A program made the position numbers and the translations under genes. The notes beneath the pieces were generated by a model. That model did no database searches and was not told where the DNA came from. It saw only the letters and a program-made list of their open reading frames with translations. A stretch of DNA of 64,000 nt from Azolla caroliniana (lineage: Eukaryota; Plantae; Polypodiophyta): NCBI GenBank assembly GCA_043228905.1, contig JBHGNT010000012.1, forward strand, positions 7,874,001 to 7,938,000, written 5' to 3'. This document shows, one piece after another, positions 25,583 through 37,761 of this stretch; positions within the stretch are counted from its first letter, which is position 1; each line of letters begins with the position of its first letter.

Positions 25583-28573
25583 TCATGCCCGTAACATACT
25601 CCCCCTCTTTAAAACATTGCACTCTTGCAATGGAAAGTTAGGGAAGTTAGTTCTAAGAGTATTTTCGCGTTCCCATGTGGCATCTTTTATTGATTTATCC
25701 ATCCATTTTATTTTAAATTCTCGGATTTCTTTAGTACGTAATTTTTTTGTTTTAACATCGAGAATTCTTTCTGGTACATGTGGTTTAGAAGATAATTCTT
25801 CAGAAGTAACCAGAGTTTCAGTCGTAACTGTATTGTCGCCAGAACCTAGAAGTTCTTTTAGACGACTCACATGAAAGACTGGATGAATTCCGACACCATC
25901 GGGAAGAGCGAGACGATAGGCTGATGACCCAATGCGTTTGAGGACTATAAAAGGTCCACAAAACCGTGGGGCTAACTTAGCGCACTTACCCGTAGACAAT
26001 GTCTTGGAATTGTGAGGTACACGTAAAAATACCTTCTGTCCAGGGTTGAATATACGAGGTTGCCTATGATGATCGGCATAAAAACGCGCTCTATCTTGAG
26101 CTGTTTTTATATTATCTCGTGCAATATGCAACATATCTTGCATATCCCGAAGGAAGTTTTGCGTACTTCGCAACTCATCATGATGTATAGTAACATCAAT
26201 CGGGGCTCGTGGCTGAAAACCATACATCAACATAAAAGGACTATATCCCGTCGACGTATGCTTGGAGCTGTTATAAGCAAACTCCAAAATTGGGAGATAA
26301 CGTTCCCATTTTGTTGGTTTTGCACCAACGTATGCTCGAAGCATGTCCTCAATAATTTGATTTACTCGTTCTGTCTGTCCATCGGATTGAGGATGATCCG
26401 TGGAGCTCATGCTCAACGTAGTTTCTAACTTCTTAAAGACTTGTGTCCAGAAGTCACTAGTAAACTTTGGATCTCGATCACTCACGATATCCATCGGTAA
26501 CCCATAAAAACGAAACAATTCGTCAACGAATTGGTAAGCCAATTCAGGAGCTGTTACCGTGGTTTTAGTAGCAATAAATCTGGCCATTTTAGTTAGTCGA
26601 TCAACGACAACCCAGATGGCATCATGACCTTTTTGGGTGCGAGGAAGGCTAACAATAAAATCCATGGATATACTTTCCCACTTATTATTGGGAATGTCCA
26701 AGGGATGTAAAAGTCCTGCGGCTTTAAGTCGCTCGGCTTTGTTAACCTGACACTGGTGACATTTAGTCACATAGCTATGTATGTCAGGACGCATCTTAGG
26801 CCAATAAAATTGAGTGGAGATGAGAACGAGTGTACGATGTATTCCAGGGTGCCCTGCTGAGGGTGCATCATGGCATTCAAAAAGAATCCTCTTTTTGACC
26901 TCGGGTAAATCTGGAACACAAACCTTCCCATTACGGTAGAGCAAACCATTAGCAATGTGGAAGTATTCCTTCGAGGATGTGGTGGTGTCTGTTCCAGACT
27001 CAACTCTTGCCCAGTATTTTGCGAAATAACTGTCATCAGGATACTTTCCTCGAAGGTGATCGTAAAGATCTGATGATATTTCAGTGAAGCTAAGCGTGTT
27101 AACTTCACGGATGCGACTTAGTGCATCAGCGACAGTGTTCATGGAACCTTTACGATATCGTATGGAAAAATCAAAGTCCTGGATGAGATCAGCCCATCGT
27201 GCCTTACGACCTTTCAGGTCTTGTTGGTCACAAAAATATTTCAAGGACTCGTGGTCCGTAGTTACCACAAAGTGATTTCCATAAAGATAATGGCGCCATG
27301 TTTTGAGCGCATGTATAACTGCAAATAATTCCTTTTCTTGAACGGTATACCGACATTGAGCAGAATCAAGTTTCTTACTCTCGAATGCTATTGGTTTACC
27401 ATCTTGATACAAGACAGCACCTATAGCATAATCGCTTGCATCGGTTTTAACCTCAAAAGGTTTTGAAGGATCGGGTAAAAGAAGTGAAGGAGCCTTGCAA
27501 ACCAGGTCCTTGAGTTCCTTAAAGGCAAGGTCTAGTGTAGCATTCCACACAATAGGTTTTGTAGACTTACGCGTTTGACCTTTTAAAAGATCAGTAAACG
27601 GCATCGTCAATTGGGAGTAATTACGAAGAGACTTTCGCAAAAACCCCACAAAACCAAGGAATGATCGAACTTCTCGAATATTCCGAAGAGTGGGCCAAAG
27701 CTTGATTTTCTCAATGCGAGAAGGATCAATTTCAACTCCTCGTTCGGTTATGAGATGTCCTAGATAAGTAATTGATTTCTTGAAGAACTCACATTTTGAG
27801 ATCTTCGCATAAAACTGTTTGTCACGCAATGTTTGTAAAACAAAGCGGACATGTCTAGCATGTTCTTGTAATGTACGGCTATAAACTAAAATATCATCCA
27901 AGAAAATAACGACAAATTTTCCAAGTTGTTCTCGGAAAATGTCATTCATTTCTTGTTGAAAAGTAGCCGGAGCATTGGTCAAACCAAAAGGCATAACCAA
28001 AAACTCGTAATGGCCATAGCGCGTACGAAATGCCGTTTTAGGAACATCGTCCTCACTTATTCGTATTTGATGGTAGCCAGTACGGAGATCAAGTTTCGTA
28101 AAATACCGAGCTCCCTGGAGACGGTCAATTAGATCGTCAGCCCGGGGCAATGGATACGAATTCTTGATCGTCACTTTATTCAAGCGTCGGTAATTAATAC
28201 ACATACGCCATGTGCCCTCTTTCTTTTTAACCAAGAGAACTGGTGCACCCCATGGAGATTTACTATAACGTATATAACCCATTCGTAAATAGTCCTTGAG
28301 TTGCTTAGATACCTCATCTTCTTCGGATCGACTTAAGCGATACGGAGGTATACTTATTGGTGCAACACCAGGTACAATATCTATACGATGGTCTATATTA
28401 CGTTTAGGAGGTAACCCATCAGGTAGTTCACTTGGAAAAACATCATGAAAATCATTTAAGATTTCATCAAGTTGTTGTTGTTCAAAATATGTTAATTGAA
28501 TCGGGACATTATCGATATTGTAAACGTGAATGTCCGGATCAAGTACACAATAAAATAACGTAGAACAAGACAA
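25583..28573 (-). CDS. Chromovirus pol (RT, RNase H, integrase, chromodomain)
   Basis: [75 protein letters not shown]. Confidence 0.93.
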   Translation of the reverse strand: MSCSTLFYCVLDPDIHVYNIDNVPIQLTYFEQQQLDEILNDFHDVFPSELPDGLPPKRNIDHRIDIVPGVAPISIPPYRLSRSEEDEVSKQLKDYLRMGYIRYSKSPWGAPVLLVKKKEGTWRMCINYRRLNKVTIKNSYPLPRADDLIDRLQGARYFTKLDLRTGYHQIRISEDDVPKTAFRTRYGHYEFLVMPFGLTNAPATFQQEMNDIFREQLGKFVVIFLDDILVYSRTLQEHARHVRFVLQTLRDKQFYAKISKCEFFKKSITYLGHLITERGVEIDPSRIEKIKLWPTLRNIREVRSFLGFVGFLRKSLRNYSQLTMPFTDLLKGQTRKSTKPIVWNATLDLAFKELKDLVCKAPSLLLPDPSKPFEVKTDASDYAIGAVLYQDGKPIAFESKKLDSAQCRYTVQEKELFAVIHALKTWRHYLYGNHFVVTTDHESLKYFCDQQDLKGRKARWADLIQDFDFSIRYRKGSMNTVADALSRIREVNTLSFTEISSDLYDHLRGKYPDDSYFAKYWARVESGTDTTTSSKEYFHIANGLLYRNGKVCVPDLPEVKKRILFECHDAPSAGHPGIHRTLVLISTQFYWPKMRPDIHSYVTKCHQCQVNKAERLKAAGLLHPLDIPNNKWESISMDFIVSLPRTQKGHDAIWVVVDRLTKMARFIATKTTVTAPELAYQFVDELFRFYGLPMDIVSDRDPKFTSDFWTQVFKKLETTLSMSSTDHPQSDGQTERVNQIIEDMLRAYVGAKPTKWERYLPILEFAYNSSKHTSTGYSPFMLMYGFQPRAPIDVTIHHDELRSTQNFLRDMQDMLHIARDNIKTAQDRARFYADHHRQPRIFNPGQKVFLRVPHNSKTLSTGKCAKLAPRFCGPFIVLKRIGSSAYRLALPDGVGIHPVFHVSRLKELLGSGDNTVTTETLVTSEELSSKPHVPERILDVKTKKLRTKEIREFKIKWMDKSIKDATWERENTLRTNFPNFPLQECNVLKRGSMLRA

Positions 28574-28682
28574 CTCGGATATTGATGGACACGAGGAAAC
28601 AATCGAGAGGGATTGTTTTTTTACACATTGAATAAAATGCGTACAATCGTTCAGTACAAAAGAAATGGAATGACGAACCCAA

Positions 28683-30017
28683 TCAATAAATAAAGAAGAG
28701 TTTTTTATTATAAAACCAGGGATAACCCAGTATTACATCGGTGGTACAAAGATTCATTACATGGAAGTCTATTTCCTCTATATAAGTATCAATAGAAATT
28801 CCTAATGAATGAATCGCTCCGTTGATGTATTGTACTCTTCCATCAGCCAAGTGCACCGTGTAGGTGTGATCACTTACGGTGGGTTGGATTCCCCATATCT
28901 GAACCAAACGATCATTCACAAAATTGTGTGAGCTTCCCGAATCAAATAAAAACTGTACGGGAGATCCATTGATATACCCGTTTGCACGTAGTAAATCATT
29001 GGGACCCAATACATAGTGAGGGAAAGAACATTGACAATTACTTAAATGATGTGTATAGACCTGAAGGACATTAGGAATCTGACCTTTATGGTCTGCAGCT
29101 TTAGCTTTGTTGTCGTGCTCTTTCCGTTGGAGCTTTCGACATTGATCTTTTGTATGACCCTTCTTTTTGCAGAATACACAAAAAGGATGTTGTCGCTTAC
29201 AATCGCGATCCAGGAATTCGTTGGGTGTCTTGCGTTTCCCAACAAATTGCGACTGCTTAGTCCCGGGCGCTTCGTTGGGTTTGTTATGGTCCTTCTTCGA
29301 AGTGCGTTGATAGCGAAGAACTATTTCAACGGCCTCTTCGAAGGATTTTGGATCCTTATCATGCACTATCCAGTGATAGTCCGAATTGGGGATGCCATTG
29401 ACAAAACAAGCTATCAACCAATTGTCCCCTTCTAGACCCGATTTTTGGATTTGGGTTCTAGCATGGTGAACATAGTCTTCTAGCGAGGAAAATTTCCTGC
29501 TAGAGAGGTTCATTAAAGCTTGTGCTGCCTCGGTTCGAGAGGGAGGTTGCAGAAATTGGCCCTTAAAAACCGTGACAAAATCTGTCCAGGTATCGGGCAA
29601 TTTCCCCATAGTACGGAGGCCACGCCACCAGGCGGCGGCCTTACCCCCGAGTTCTCGGCCGACATATGCAATCTTTGTACTATCTGGCGTGGGATAGAGC
29701 TCAAAATGAGACTCCCATCGTCCCAGCCATGTGCAGATTGCTTCTTCGGTTCTTTCCTTTTTGTCTCCCGTAAATGGCTTAACGACAAATGATGGTTCAC
29801 CTTGTCGCTCATCAGGTCTATTAGTCTCACGTTGTAGACTAATGACACGTGCCTCAAGAGCACTCTGAGATTGCCGAAGTTCGGTCATCTGTTGAGCGGT
29901 GAAACTAAGGTATTGGGTTATTTGTGCCAAATACATCTCAGTGGACATTTGTCCAGGAGGATTCCCTTGAGTTCCTTCCGCTTGAGCGGATGACATCGGG
30001 TCGTTAATTTGAGCCAT
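28683..30017 (-). CDS. Chromovirus gag-protease (separated from pol by a 1-nt frameshift)
   Basis: Retrotransposon gag AAAWW, zinc knuckle [14 protein letters not shown], protease [11 protein letters not shown] and DVILGYPWF. Confidence 0.92.
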   Translation of the reverse strand: MAQINDPMSSAQAEGTQGNPPGQMSTEMYLAQITQYLSFTAQQMTELRQSQSALEARVISLQRETNRPDERQGEPSFVVKPFTGDKKERTEEAICTWLGRWESHFELYPTPDSTKIAYVGRELGGKAAAWWRGLRTMGKLPDTWTDFVTVFKGQFLQPPSRTEAAQALMNLSSRKFSSLEDYVHHARTQIQKSGLEGDNWLIACFVNGIPNSDYHWIVHDKDPKSFEEAVEIVLRYQRTSKKDHNKPNEAPGTKQSQFVGKRKTPNEFLDRDCKRQHPFCVFCKKKGHTKDQCRKLQRKEHDNKAKAADHKGQIPNVLQVYTHHLSNCQCSFPHYVLGPNDLLRANGYINGSPVQFLFDSGSSHNFVNDRLVQIWGIQPTVSDHTYTVHLADGRVQYINGAIHSLGISIDTYIEEIDFHVMNLCTTDVILGYPWFYNKKLFFIY

Positions 30018-31204
30018 TAAAGATTATTTCTAGAAAAGAAATAGGATAAGGTCAGAGATATAGTCATAACATCATGTCGTGATGTAAACATATCATGGGC
30101 GAGCATTAATCGATATCATTATCTCACGTCAATACCCCTCTAGACGTATGAGATGAGGTTCAAGATCAGGTTACTATGGTAACACAAAGGTGTTTTAAAA
30201 ACCATGGGGGTGACAAATAAATGTCTTTCCCTGATCTCTATATCAATTTTTTCATGGTGGCTCCCCGAGGCTCAACCATGTATGTTCGCGTCATGAATAG
30301 TTTATACACGAAAAAAATGTTAACAATAAACTATGTTTCGGTGCCCACATGCCCACATAAGTGGTTTCGGCTCTTTAAGTCCTATTACAAGGACCCCGAG
30401 GTGCACTTAGACCTTAAGTCTAAACATGTGTTATAGTCATATGTATCAAGGATGTTGTATGGTCTTGGTCATATTTGAACTCGAGACCTCGAGAACAAAT
30501 ACATTAAACACTTGAGCCAACCAAGTAAGTTGCTCTTCTCGAATGCTTAATGTTTGATGCGTATAAGAGATATGCGAGGCAATTGATCATATATGTTTTT
30601 TTAAAAGAACATATATGTCAAGGGTCCTTATTTCGCCTTCATTTACCAAAACTATGTTGGTACGTTACCTAACCTCAAGTCTCGTAATTATGATGGCATA
30701 CGCCAAAGTGCAACCTAATGGTCAAGCCAAATGAGCCCTTGTTTCGTAGTAGGCTCACGTGGGCCATCACATGGTCACGTCATTACGAATGCCTCTCGTA
30801 AGAACGAGCTCATGGTGGCATCGTATCCATGTAACGAGGGAGGGATGTTGGATACGCGCGTCATTCGAGCGACCTCACTTGAAGTGGGTCAAGCCCTACG
30901 TACTCAACATCATTTTGGCTATTGGCGTTTCTTTACGTAACGAAATCGAGGTCGTCAACGGGGTTATCAACAATAAAAAAAATGTTGAAAAAGGGATGGT
31001 GACAACGCCATTCTCACAAAAATGTAAGGACGGCCACCAACATCCTTTTCCCGACCATGACTACTTTCGATATAATCACGTAATAACGAATATACACATA
31101 TGTTTACTTATCACATATATATGATCAAATACGTATATATGTGACCACATATGCCTATATTAAACATATCGTTATAGTAAATAGCCACAAATGATGTGAT
31201 CGAG

Positions 31205-31468
31205 ATACGTAATCGAGGTATATACCTCTACGCACACGAAACATCCACAAATAAGAGATCATCGTAATACGCAATGGAGGTATTGACCTCTTACGCATAC
31301 GAGACCAAACGCATATCGTTTACAACAAATTAAGGTATTAAACTCATACGCAAACGTAACATATGTTCGTGAACGTAATACGTAATTGAGGTATTAACCT
31401 CGTACGCATACGACACTCATCACATATTATTAATATGTCAAACGAGGTATTGACCTCGTGCACATATG
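31205..31468 (-). repeat. Array of five hairpin-forming repeats with unique spacers in the chromovirus 5' leader
   Basis: Core GAGGT-ATT(G/A)-ACCTC flanked by ATACG(T/C)AA / TACGCATACG at ~31205, 31267, 31328, 31378 and 31440; core spacing ~54-62 bp. Confidence 0.8.
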
Positions 31469-32877
31469 TAAACGTTTTAGATAATCAATTAAAGACCACT
31501 ACAACATCATTGATTTAATGAAAAAAATTACATATAAACTAAACACATGATTAGATGGGAGAAGAGAGAATAGAAAGAAAAATTATGGAAAGAGTTACCG
31601 AAGTTCTTTGTTGATCGTTGTCTGGATCAAGGCCAACCGCACAACGATCGATCAGCATCAATCAAAAGACAAATGAAAAACAAAGAAACATTAGTACAAA
31701 GCTCTGATACCAAATATTATAGATTACAGCACTAATGTAAGCTTAAGATAAGGATAAAGAATTGAAAGATAGAAAGGAGAAAGAGAAAGAAGGGTGCCGA
31801 TCCACCCGACCACCCCCGAGCGAAGGGATCGAGACGGACTCGAGCCTCGATCGGCGTCCCATACCACCGCCGTGGCGTCGAGTCGTACCTGGTGTTGGAG
31901 CGCTCGCTACAAAAGTTGACCCACCACACGAGCAGAGTCTCGATGTAGTCAAAAGATGATCCAATGAGGGTAGCTAGGCCTCTTATTTATAGCGATACCC
32001 AAGGCCCCCAGGCAAGTTCACACTTGACCTAATGGGTTGTCTCAATCCCGAGGATTAAAAGTAATCCTCCCCTTCTTCACACTCTCGTTTAACCCTCACA
32101 CTTATCCCCGTGTATAGAATACTACGGTAAATTCTTACCACGGGATATTATATGGTCATGCCCGTAACAGCATATCCGGACGTGGATCGGCGATCGGCGA
32201 CATTGTCGGCCCAGTTGGCATCGGTGTAGCCGACCAACTGCGGGGCTGTATCGGTTCGATATAGCAGTCCGCAGTCCTTAGTGCTGCTTACGTACCGCAG
32301 TACGCGTTGCGCACACTGAAGGTGCTCCTCGGTAGGTCGCGCCATGAACTGACTGATCACCCCGACCGGATAACTGAGATCGGGTCGGGTGATTGTCAAG
32401 TAGATAAGGCTTCCGACAACTTGTCGGAACCTTGTCGGATCGCAAACCTTGCCGGAATTGGGGTGAAGCTTGACAGTTCTATCCAGAGGAGTCGAGACGG
32501 ACTTACAGTCTGCCATCCCGAATTTGAAGAGCATATTCAGCACGTAATGACGTTGGCTGATTAGTATGCCTTCGGGGGTGCGGATCACTTCGATCCCGAG
32601 GAAGTAATGAAGGTCCCCCAGATCCTTCATGTCGAATGATGCCGCAAGCTGGAGCTTCACGCGGTTGATCTCACCTAGGTCGGCGCCGATGATGACCAAG
32701 TCATCAACATAGAGTAAAATACTGACCAGCCCGAGTCGACCTTTCCGAATGAACAACGAGGAGTCCGATTTTGACGTCGCAAAGCCCATCTGACGCAGCC
32801 GATGCGTGATTTTCACATTCCAGGCACGCGAGGCTTGCTTCAGTCCGTAAAGGGACTTCTTCAATCGGCATACTGCC

Positions 32878-33942
32878 TAGGGATCGGCAACGGTTCGGTT
32901 TAGGCTTAGCCGGTTTGGCCTGATCCAAGCCAAACCGGCTAAGCCTAAACCGTTTACAGGATCTCAAACCTGAGCCGAGCCGAGCCGAGCCGGTTCACAA
33001 ACCGGTTTAGGCTAAACCGGTTTATGCTAAACCGGTTTGTGAACCGGCTTGGTAAACGGCTTGTAAACCGGTTTCCAAACCGGCTTGGAAACCGGTTTAG
33101 AAACCTCTGTCTCTCTCTCTCTCCCTATCTCCCTCTCTCTCTCAGATGATCCCTCCCACTCTCTCTCACTTCTGTGGTCTCGACTCTCTCTCCCTCTCCC
33201 TCTCTCCCTCTCCCTCTCTCTCCCCTCTATGTAAATCCTCTCTCTCTCCCCTCTATGTAGTTCCTCTCTCTCTCTCTCTCTCACGTCTATGGTCTCGACT
33301 CTCCCTCCCTCTCTCTCTCTCTCCCCTCTATGTAGTTCATCTCTCTCTCTCTCTCCCCTCTATGTAGTCTCTCTCTCTCTCCCCTCTATGTAGTTCCTCT
33401 CTCTCTCTCTCTCTCTCCTTATATGTTGTTTCCCTCCCTCTCTCTCTCTCTCCTCGTTTGTGTAGTCTCTCTCTCTCTCTCTCCTTATATGTTGTCTCCC
33501 TCCCTCTCTCTCTCTCTCCTCGTTTGTGTACTCTCTCTCTCTCTCTCTCCTTATATGTTGTCTCCCTCCCTCTCTCTCTCTCTCTCTCCTTATATGTTGT
33601 CTCCCTCCCTCTGTCTCTCTCTCTCTCTCTCCTTATATGTTGTCTCCCTCCCTCTGTCTCTCTCTCCTCGTCTATGTAGTTCTCCCTCCCTTTCTCTCTC
33701 TCTTTCCCCTTGTCTGTTGTCTCTCTCCCCCTCTCTAAAGTTTATAAACGGCTTAAACGGTTTAGCCGGCTTAGCCGGCTTGAGCCGGTTTGGCGAGGCT
33801 CAAGCCAAGCCGAGCCGAGCTCAAACCGTTAAGGCAAGTTCAAGCCTAAACCGAGCCGAGCCGAGCCGCTAAGCCGCTAAGCCGTTTTCAAGCCGGCTAA
33901 GCCAAACGGTTTAGGCTTGAGCCGAGCCGTTGCCGATCCCTA
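32878..33942. mobile_element. Non-autonomous hAT-type DNA transposon (MITE-like) with CT-rich core
   Basis: TIRs TAGGGATCGGCAACGG / CCGTTGCCGATCCCTA; 8-bp TSD ATACTGCC (32870-32877 / 33943-33950); subterminal AACCGG/GCCGA repeats. Interrupts the copia RT. Confidence 0.93.
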
Positions 33943-36900
33943 ATACTGCCGACGTGTTCGGTCCGGAGTGAAATCCGGGGGGCTGTACCATGTACACTTG
34001 GTCCTCAAGCTCACCTTGTAGGAATGCATTCTTTACATCCATTTGATGTAGGTGCCACCCCTTGGCCGCGGCTACTGCGAACAAAACACGGACGGTCGTC
34101 ATCTTTGCGACCGGCACAAATGTCTCATCGTAGTCGATGCTGTGTTTTTGCGCATAGCCTTTTGCCACTAACCGGGCCTTGTATCGGTTGACCGAGCCGT
34201 CGGTGTTGTACTTGACCTTGTACACCCACCTACATCCGATCAGCTTCACACCCTTCGGTGCGTCAACCAGGTCCCAAGTCTCGTTTTCCGCCAATGCGTG
34301 CATCTCTTCCTCCATCGCGGCGCGCCAATTCGCGTCCTTCGCCGCTTCTACGTAGCTCTCTGGCTCATGCACTTCCGCTACACGGGTCATGTACGCATAG
34401 TGATGCGCCATGTACTCGTTGTATCCGAACCGCACAACCAGGTTCTTTTGGTAGGTAGATCGGCGTAATCGGTCATTAGCCGATGTTGAGGTCTTCTCGG
34501 CCGACGTGGACTTCGTTCCTGAAGGCCCGTCGCCGCTTCCCTCGGAGTCGGACTCGCGTCAGTCTGACTCGTTCCTATCCGTGCCGAAATCCGACACCTT
34601 GTTCTTCCCTTTCTCTTCGCGTGTAAGCCGTCTCCTCAGCTTCCTACGCAGGGAATGCACGGCCGAGTCTCCACTACTTGCCGGCTCTTCATCAGACTGG
34701 TTGTACCGACTCAGTCGTCCATTCGGTCCACTTAATCGAAACGAAATCGGACTCTCTTCGGGGGTCCCGATTTCAGGCTCAACTAGAGGCACCTCGGCCT
34801 CGCTGTCCTCATCGTCAGAACTCGGATTGGAGGTGAGGTCCGGAGTCGGAGGCAAGTACCAGGACGCGGACTCATCAAATACAATGTCGCGGCTCACGCG
34901 CGGTTGTTTGGTACGCGGGTTATAGCACTTATAACCCTTCTGATCGTCCAAATAGCCGACCAAGATACACTTCTCGGCTTTTGCGTCCAACTTCCTCCTT
35001 TTCTCCTTCGGCACATGTACATACGCAATGCTACCGAAAACTCGTAAGTGTCACAAGTTCGGCTTTGGTCCAAAGTATAGCTCGTGCGCCAACACTTTTT
35101 CTCCGATCCGGTTCTGGATGTATACTGCGGTTCTTACCGCCTCGGCCCAATAGAACTTGGGCAAGCTCTTCTCCTCCAGCATTGCGCGTGCAGCTTCCAC
35201 AACCGACCGATTTTTTCTCTCAGCCACGCCGTTTTGCTCCGGCGTGTATCTACAACTGAATTCGCGCCAAATTCCCATCTATTGTAGATAACCGTTGAAT
35301 TGACCGGAAAAGTATTCTTTTCCGCCATCCGACCGCAGGCACTTGATCTTTCTTCCTGTTTCCGTTTCCACGAACCCTTTGAGGTCCCAGAAACAGTCGA
35401 AGACTTCGCTTTTCCTCTCAATGGGGTAGATCCACGTGTGCCGCGTGTAGTCGTCGATGAAGGAAACAAAATATCGGCTCCCGCCAAGACTAACGTTTTG
35501 TGCCGGCCCCCACACATCAGAGTGTATCAAGTCTAGCTTGTTTCGGATCCTTTGGCGTAGTGCGATCGCTGCCGATTTCCTTTGTCGGTATGTCTGGAAC
35601 AAGACCTCTCCGACTCGGCGCGCTTCTTCCAGCACTCGCTCTCCCTGTGGCCTTTCTTGCCACAGTACCAGCATTCCATGGCGGATTTCCCTTTCTGGTT
35701 CTCGTCGCCTCGACTCCCCCTATTTCCGGAGGGTCCGGAATTGCTGTCAGCATCACTTCAGTGCATTCTTCCTTGATCCCCTCGACCGCCTCCATTGCGT
35801 ACCGACTCGCCTCGTCCGCCACGACCACGGGGCCTTTCTCCCTCCGTGTACAACATCTTGCTGTCGGTGTGCGTGCTCGTCGACGCACCTGCGTGGTTCT
35901 CCTCTACTAGGAGCATCGACTGTAAGTCGAAAAAGGACGACATATTCTCCCGGGTACACACTGTAGTTCGGAACGCCCCGAACTTTGACGCCAAACCCCC
36001 GAGACAGACCTGGACCATCTCGCTTTCCTCGATGTTCACATTGATGGAAGCTAAGGAGTCGCATATGTCCTTAATCCTTGAGGTATAGTTAACCACCGAC
36101 AAATCGCGTTGTCGTAGGTTGCTCAACTCCTGTCGAAGCTGAAGCTTCCTGGTTGTGGTGCTCGTGGCGAAAATCTTCTTTAGATTTTCCCATGCACCCT
36201 TCGGCATTTTTGCATCCCGAACGTAGCTTAGCAGTTGTTCACCCACACAAGACGCGAAGCAGTATAGCACTCTGCTCACTGATTGTTCCCATGCCAGGAA
36301 GTCTTTGTGTGTCGAATCGGGTGCTGTGTCATTTGCTCCATCGACATAGCTCCAGTAACTGTGTCCGAGCAGGTACTAGTGCATCTTGTAGGACCAAGAT
36401 GTGTAGTTGGTTCTGTCAAGCTTTTCCGTTGGAAGCGAGCTAGCCATTCCTCTGTCCATCAGTTTTCTTGTTCTTCTTCGTTGGTTTTTCCTTCAAGCAA
36501 AGTCAGCTGCAGAGGTTCTCAACCCTCACACTCTGATACCATGAAAAGAATGGCGTGCGGAAGCAATATAGGAAAACCGAACAACAGAAAACACAGGTTT
36601 AATGGAAAGCTTAGGTTTTCACAGTACGCACAGGAGAGACAAAGAGAGAGTAACACAAGAACTTAAATTCGAAAATAATACTCAATCTATACATAGGATG
36701 TGCTTAGTGAGCACTTTTATACAAACCCTGACAATGGTTGACACAAGTACTGACAGTACTTGACTGCTCATAAATGAGCCTCGACACTTACTCCCAAAAC
36801 TATTCCTTATGAGGAATATCTTTCTAACGGCCTTTCGGTCTACGCACCGATACGGCCTTTCTACGCACCGATCTACGTACCGGTTTTATGCACCCAGTCT

Positions 36901-37761
36901 ACGCACTGGTTACGCATCGTATTACGCACAAATGTTGAGCTTGTCTCTCAACAATTATATATGTTTTTTTCCTGATCTAATATGAGAATTTAGAACTTTA
37001 TATATATAATATAATGTATCCTAGTGGTTGAAGTTACACATCATCTTTGAGGAGGTCACAAGTTTGAATCTCTATTACGAGTTTTGGAGTTTTGGTATAT
37101 GTTCAGGACATTATCCCCTTCCTTTGACGACGAGTTCCACGAGTCGCAATGCACGAACTAGGAGTTGGCTTATTCGGATATCGTTGATGAAATTTTTCAG
37201 CTACATGTTCTTTGCTATTATTGAGATTTTCAGCTAGCCCCCACGTTCGAGCTGCAGCTGTATAACTCAACCAATCAATGAAATAATACAATTTATCTTC
37301 ACAACTTTGGAGTCCAAAATCAATTTCACTTCATATTCCGAGCCTTCATCAAGCTCAATAGGAGGTGGAGGGGGGACACCGTGATCTGGAATAGAGTTTG
37401 AAGCATAAGGTTCGAACTTGTCTTTGGCTACGGCCTTGAAAGTTTGAATTGGAGTGGTTCATCAATACTTCGATGCATGCTAATATAGCATGCTTTTGAT
37501 GCATACATGCTCGCCACCTCATAGGCACACATGATTGCTATTTGGCATTCATGCATGCATGACACTTGGTAATCATGCGTTAACCTATGCGATGGCGACG
37601 ATTCATAATATTATATATGTTTATTCCTGATCGAACATGATAATTTATAACTTTATGTACTATAATCTATCCTAGTGGTTGAAGCTATACATCATCTTTG
37701 AGGAGGTCATGGGTTTGAATCTTTAGTATGAGTCTTGGAGTTTTGGTATATGTTCATGACA

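Larger units (their letters stand above)
25142..32169 (-). mobile_element. Young full-length Ty3/gypsy chromovirus, LTRs 25142-25596 and 31715-32169
   Basis: 455-bp LTRs with only 2 differences seen; TSD GCATA (25137-25141 / 32170-32174); PBS GCTCTGATACCA 31701-31712; PPT at 25597. Inserted in the copia RNase H region (STSGYA|FSLGS). Confidence 0.96.
23812..36953 (-). mobile_element. Ty1/copia LTR retrotransposon (defective), LTRs 23812-24223 and 36542-36953
   Basis: 412-bp TG..CA LTRs with ~17 differences by hand count; TSD ATTAT; PBS CTCTGATACCA 36531-36541; PPT CTCCCCCTCAAG 24224. Gag (in-frame stop), zinc knuckle, integrase [33 protein letters not shown], RNase H ARTKHIEVHYHFVRE. Protease/pre-integrase region appears deleted. 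Hosts two insertions. Confidence 0.93.
22166..37761 (-). mobile_element. Non-autonomous chromovirus derivative: 3 tandem ~650-bp units [partial LTR-chromodomain-PPT] plus one full LTR (22166-22654)
   Basis: Ends TGTCA...TGACA with 5-bp TSD TAACC (22161-22165 / 37762-37766). Units are 22655-23309, 23310-37110 (split by a copia) and 37111-37761. Each encodes on the minus strand EYEVKSILDSKVVKNKLYYFVDWLGY..RTW and has PPT AAGGAAGGGGATAA. Confidence 0.85.

Noticed and set aside
28700-28706. A-AAA-AAC programmed -1 frameshift site
   Set aside because: Joining gag-PR to pol needs a +1 shift, and the break lies inside the protease motif.
31205-31468. True CRISPR array
   Set aside because: Plant retrotransposon context, degenerate repeats, short irregular spacers and no cas genes. 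Kept only as an RNA hairpin array.
33027-33872. SL/RE-rich ORFs
   Set aside because: They are translations of the MITE's CT core.
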